A stretch of DNA of 63,987 nt, the filler included, from Ionaspis alba (Eukaryota), in NCBI GenBank assembly GCA_964255285.1. It is 5 parts of 5 records of this genome, joined end to end, with 100 filler letters (N's around TTAATTAATTAA, not from the genome) between each part and the next. Parts side by side here need not be neighbours in the genome. Positions count along the whole stretch, not along the records: positions 52,586 to 63,987 come from CAXUUL010000556.1; 4 more parts are not named here. One strand, written 5' to 3'. Made by a program: the position numbers and the translations under genes. The notes under the pieces are model-generated. The model saw nothing but the letters and a program-made list of their open reading frames with translations, did not search any database and was not told the origin of the DNA. Positions 60,684 to 63,987 of this stretch are shown here, in pieces; position 1 is the stretch's first letter; the number at the start of each line of letters is the position of its first letter.

Positions 60684-61288
60684 GAAGCGAAGGGTTGGAA
60701 TACAACGCTGCGCTTTACCACCTTAAAAACAATTTTGAAAATTATCATATGACGAGCCAATGGCAAGCCACAGTCATGAAGCTCACGAAGCGACGGTTCA
60801 CGGAGATGAAAACGTGTACAATATCGACGTGTGCCATTTCAGGCGGGAGTAACGGAATTTTTCAGGATCGCTAGACGTGGGAGGATGAGATCATTCGTTC
60901 CTAATTGCATGGGCATGTTGTTCCTTCGTTTTTGCTTGATATCTTGCGACGATTACCCTTCTGTTCGTTTGATGCCAGCATGTCCGCAATTCTGCATTCT
61001 GTCGATTTTCTAGGGGTTCATTGGTGGGAGTCTATGATAAAGTTCCTCGGTGTGTTTTTTCCCATAGTCGGGTGGTTGCCATGAGATAATTGCATTGCAG
61101 GGAGTACGGTACGTTTGCGGGGAGGTTATTTGGTTTGTTATGTTGATATTCAGCGTTTACCATTTTGAGTCAGTTCCAATGAGAAGTATGACATCTCTTG
61201 ATAAACACACTGCGGACGTCCCCCTTGTCCATTGATCCTGTGACTGCCAACAACGATGTGGTAGAGATGCAACGGTTTTAATGCTGCA

Positions 61289-61388
61289 NNNNNNNNNNNN
61301 NNNNNNNNNNNNNNNNNNNNNNNNNNNNNNNNNNNNNNNNNNNNNNNNNNNNNNNNNNNNNNNNNNNNNNNNNNNNNNNNNNNNNNNN
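61289..61388. other. 100-N scaffold gap (intergenic)
   Basis: N-run without TTAA core. Confidence 0.9.
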
Positions 61389-61933
61389 TGTTGTGGTACG
61401 TACTGTAGCAGATTCCCCCCTCGCGCTCGGTTGTGTACAGATAGTACGTGTACGAGACGCTAGCCGTAATTCCTCCTGTTGGTCCGGATTTCATTAGACC
61501 GCAACTTCCACTGCCGCTCCAGAATCACCACGATCAACCAGTCCGGTATCTCGTTATCGACGTCGTAATCTTCAAGTGATCCAGCATCTTGTCCTCGGAC
61601 GACCCATCTGACGACCTGTTTATCGTGTTCGCACGCCGGTGACAGCGATCCCCAACAACCCGCTGACGAAACTTCGCGCTTCAGCAAATCGAATCAGAGA
61701 AAAAGCTCGACACTACGCAAACCTTGTGCCGACATCATTCTGAAGATCTACCAACGAGTGGTCTGCCGCATTCACCTGTCTGCTTCAGAGGTAGTGAAAT
61801 TCACTCTCTTCGCCTTAACCACTGCCGCCGTTTGGCCACCACAGGGGCCGCAACCCCCTTCCCCACATTCTTCGCTGTAACTCGCACCACGACACAGCAT
61901 TGGCGTTGTGCATTCTTCAATTGTGATTTCAAG

Positions 61934-62053
61934 GTCAGTACAGCATAACACTATCTTATCGAGGACGTTTTATTGGTCATGGACTCAATTTATAATTTCC
62001 CCCACGTTGAAGGACGAGGTGTTTCAGAAACTGATGGGCCCAAAAAATTTCAG
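61934..62053 (+). other. probable 5'-UTR intron of the PP1 gene
   Basis: AAG|GTCAGT donor, ACTGAT branch point, TTTCAG acceptor, ending 126 bp upstream of the ATG. Confidence 0.55.
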
Positions 62054-62179
62054 GCTATCTCAATAGACTCAGAGTCGATCGAAACGACTTCAAACTTCCT
62101 CTACCGGCATAGCGTGGTGCTGAGTCGATCATACGGGACTCCTCAATAATCCACAACACCGGTCCCCTGTAGGGAAGAG

Positions 62180-63511
<1,332 letters not shown>

Positions 63512-63987
63512 CCGTATACCAACGCGAGACTCCCGTGTGCAGCAGGTTCGGCCGTCGATAAATATCTCCCTCTTTATCTTCCACCCATCATCTCCTCCCT
63601 CCCTTCTTCAGCAAGTGTTCTCACAAACCTTCGATCGGTTCGATTCGCTACGCTTTTCTTCGCCTCTCCGCCTCTTGCGCTTTCAACCTTTACCGATCTT
63701 TCCGCCCCACCTTCTCCGCATTCTTCAGGTCGTTTTTCTCGGTCCCGGCGGCATGCGACGACGAAATGATGCAATTGGTAGACGGGTGGGCGGGTTGTCT
63801 TTTAATGAAAGAGCGGTGGTGAAGGGTGGGCGAAGCATTGTGAATGGACTTATCCGGTTTTTGCTTTCTGTTTGCTGAGCTGGGCGGGTGGAGGTGAGGG
63901 TTACCGACTTGCTTTGCGGTCTCTTTTTTCTATCTCGGAATGTTACAAGTGGATTGGCGGGCAATGGTGAGCGGGGAGGTGGGAAAG

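Overview
Eukaryotic DNA from a filamentous ascomycete (Pezizomycotina-type): gene-dense, with short GT-AG introns of mostly 50-70 nt and CTRAY branch points. The window is not one locus. Four artificial 100-bp spacers (N44-TTAATTAATTAA-N44) join five pieces of >=13089, 13077, 13071, 12948 and >=11402 bp, consistent with size-sorted unplaced contigs, so adjacency across the spacers is meaningless. Three plain 100-N scaffold gaps also occur, and one is a false gap with a 55-bp overlap. About 25 protein genes are supported: ECM11-domain protein, YIP4-like, RanBD protein, HRQ1 helicase, KIN4-like kinase, spartin/senescence-domain protein, short/branched acyl-CoA dehydrogenase, 2OG-Fe(II) oxygenase, TeaR, AIM18-like, glutaredoxin, metallophosphoesterase, ARC15, DnaJ protein, CDD1, tandem-UBC E2, LRG1-like, patatin lipase, LRR protein, PP1/GLC7, and several hypotheticals. 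I recognised no rRNA, tRNA, CRISPR array or transposon, and no clear multi-gene novel system. The best leads are a probable non-AUG mitochondrial N-terminal extension of glutaredoxin, a conserved hypothetical protein that may be a Bqt2-Bqt1-like telomere-bouquet fusion, a two-UBC-domain E2, and several unusual introns.
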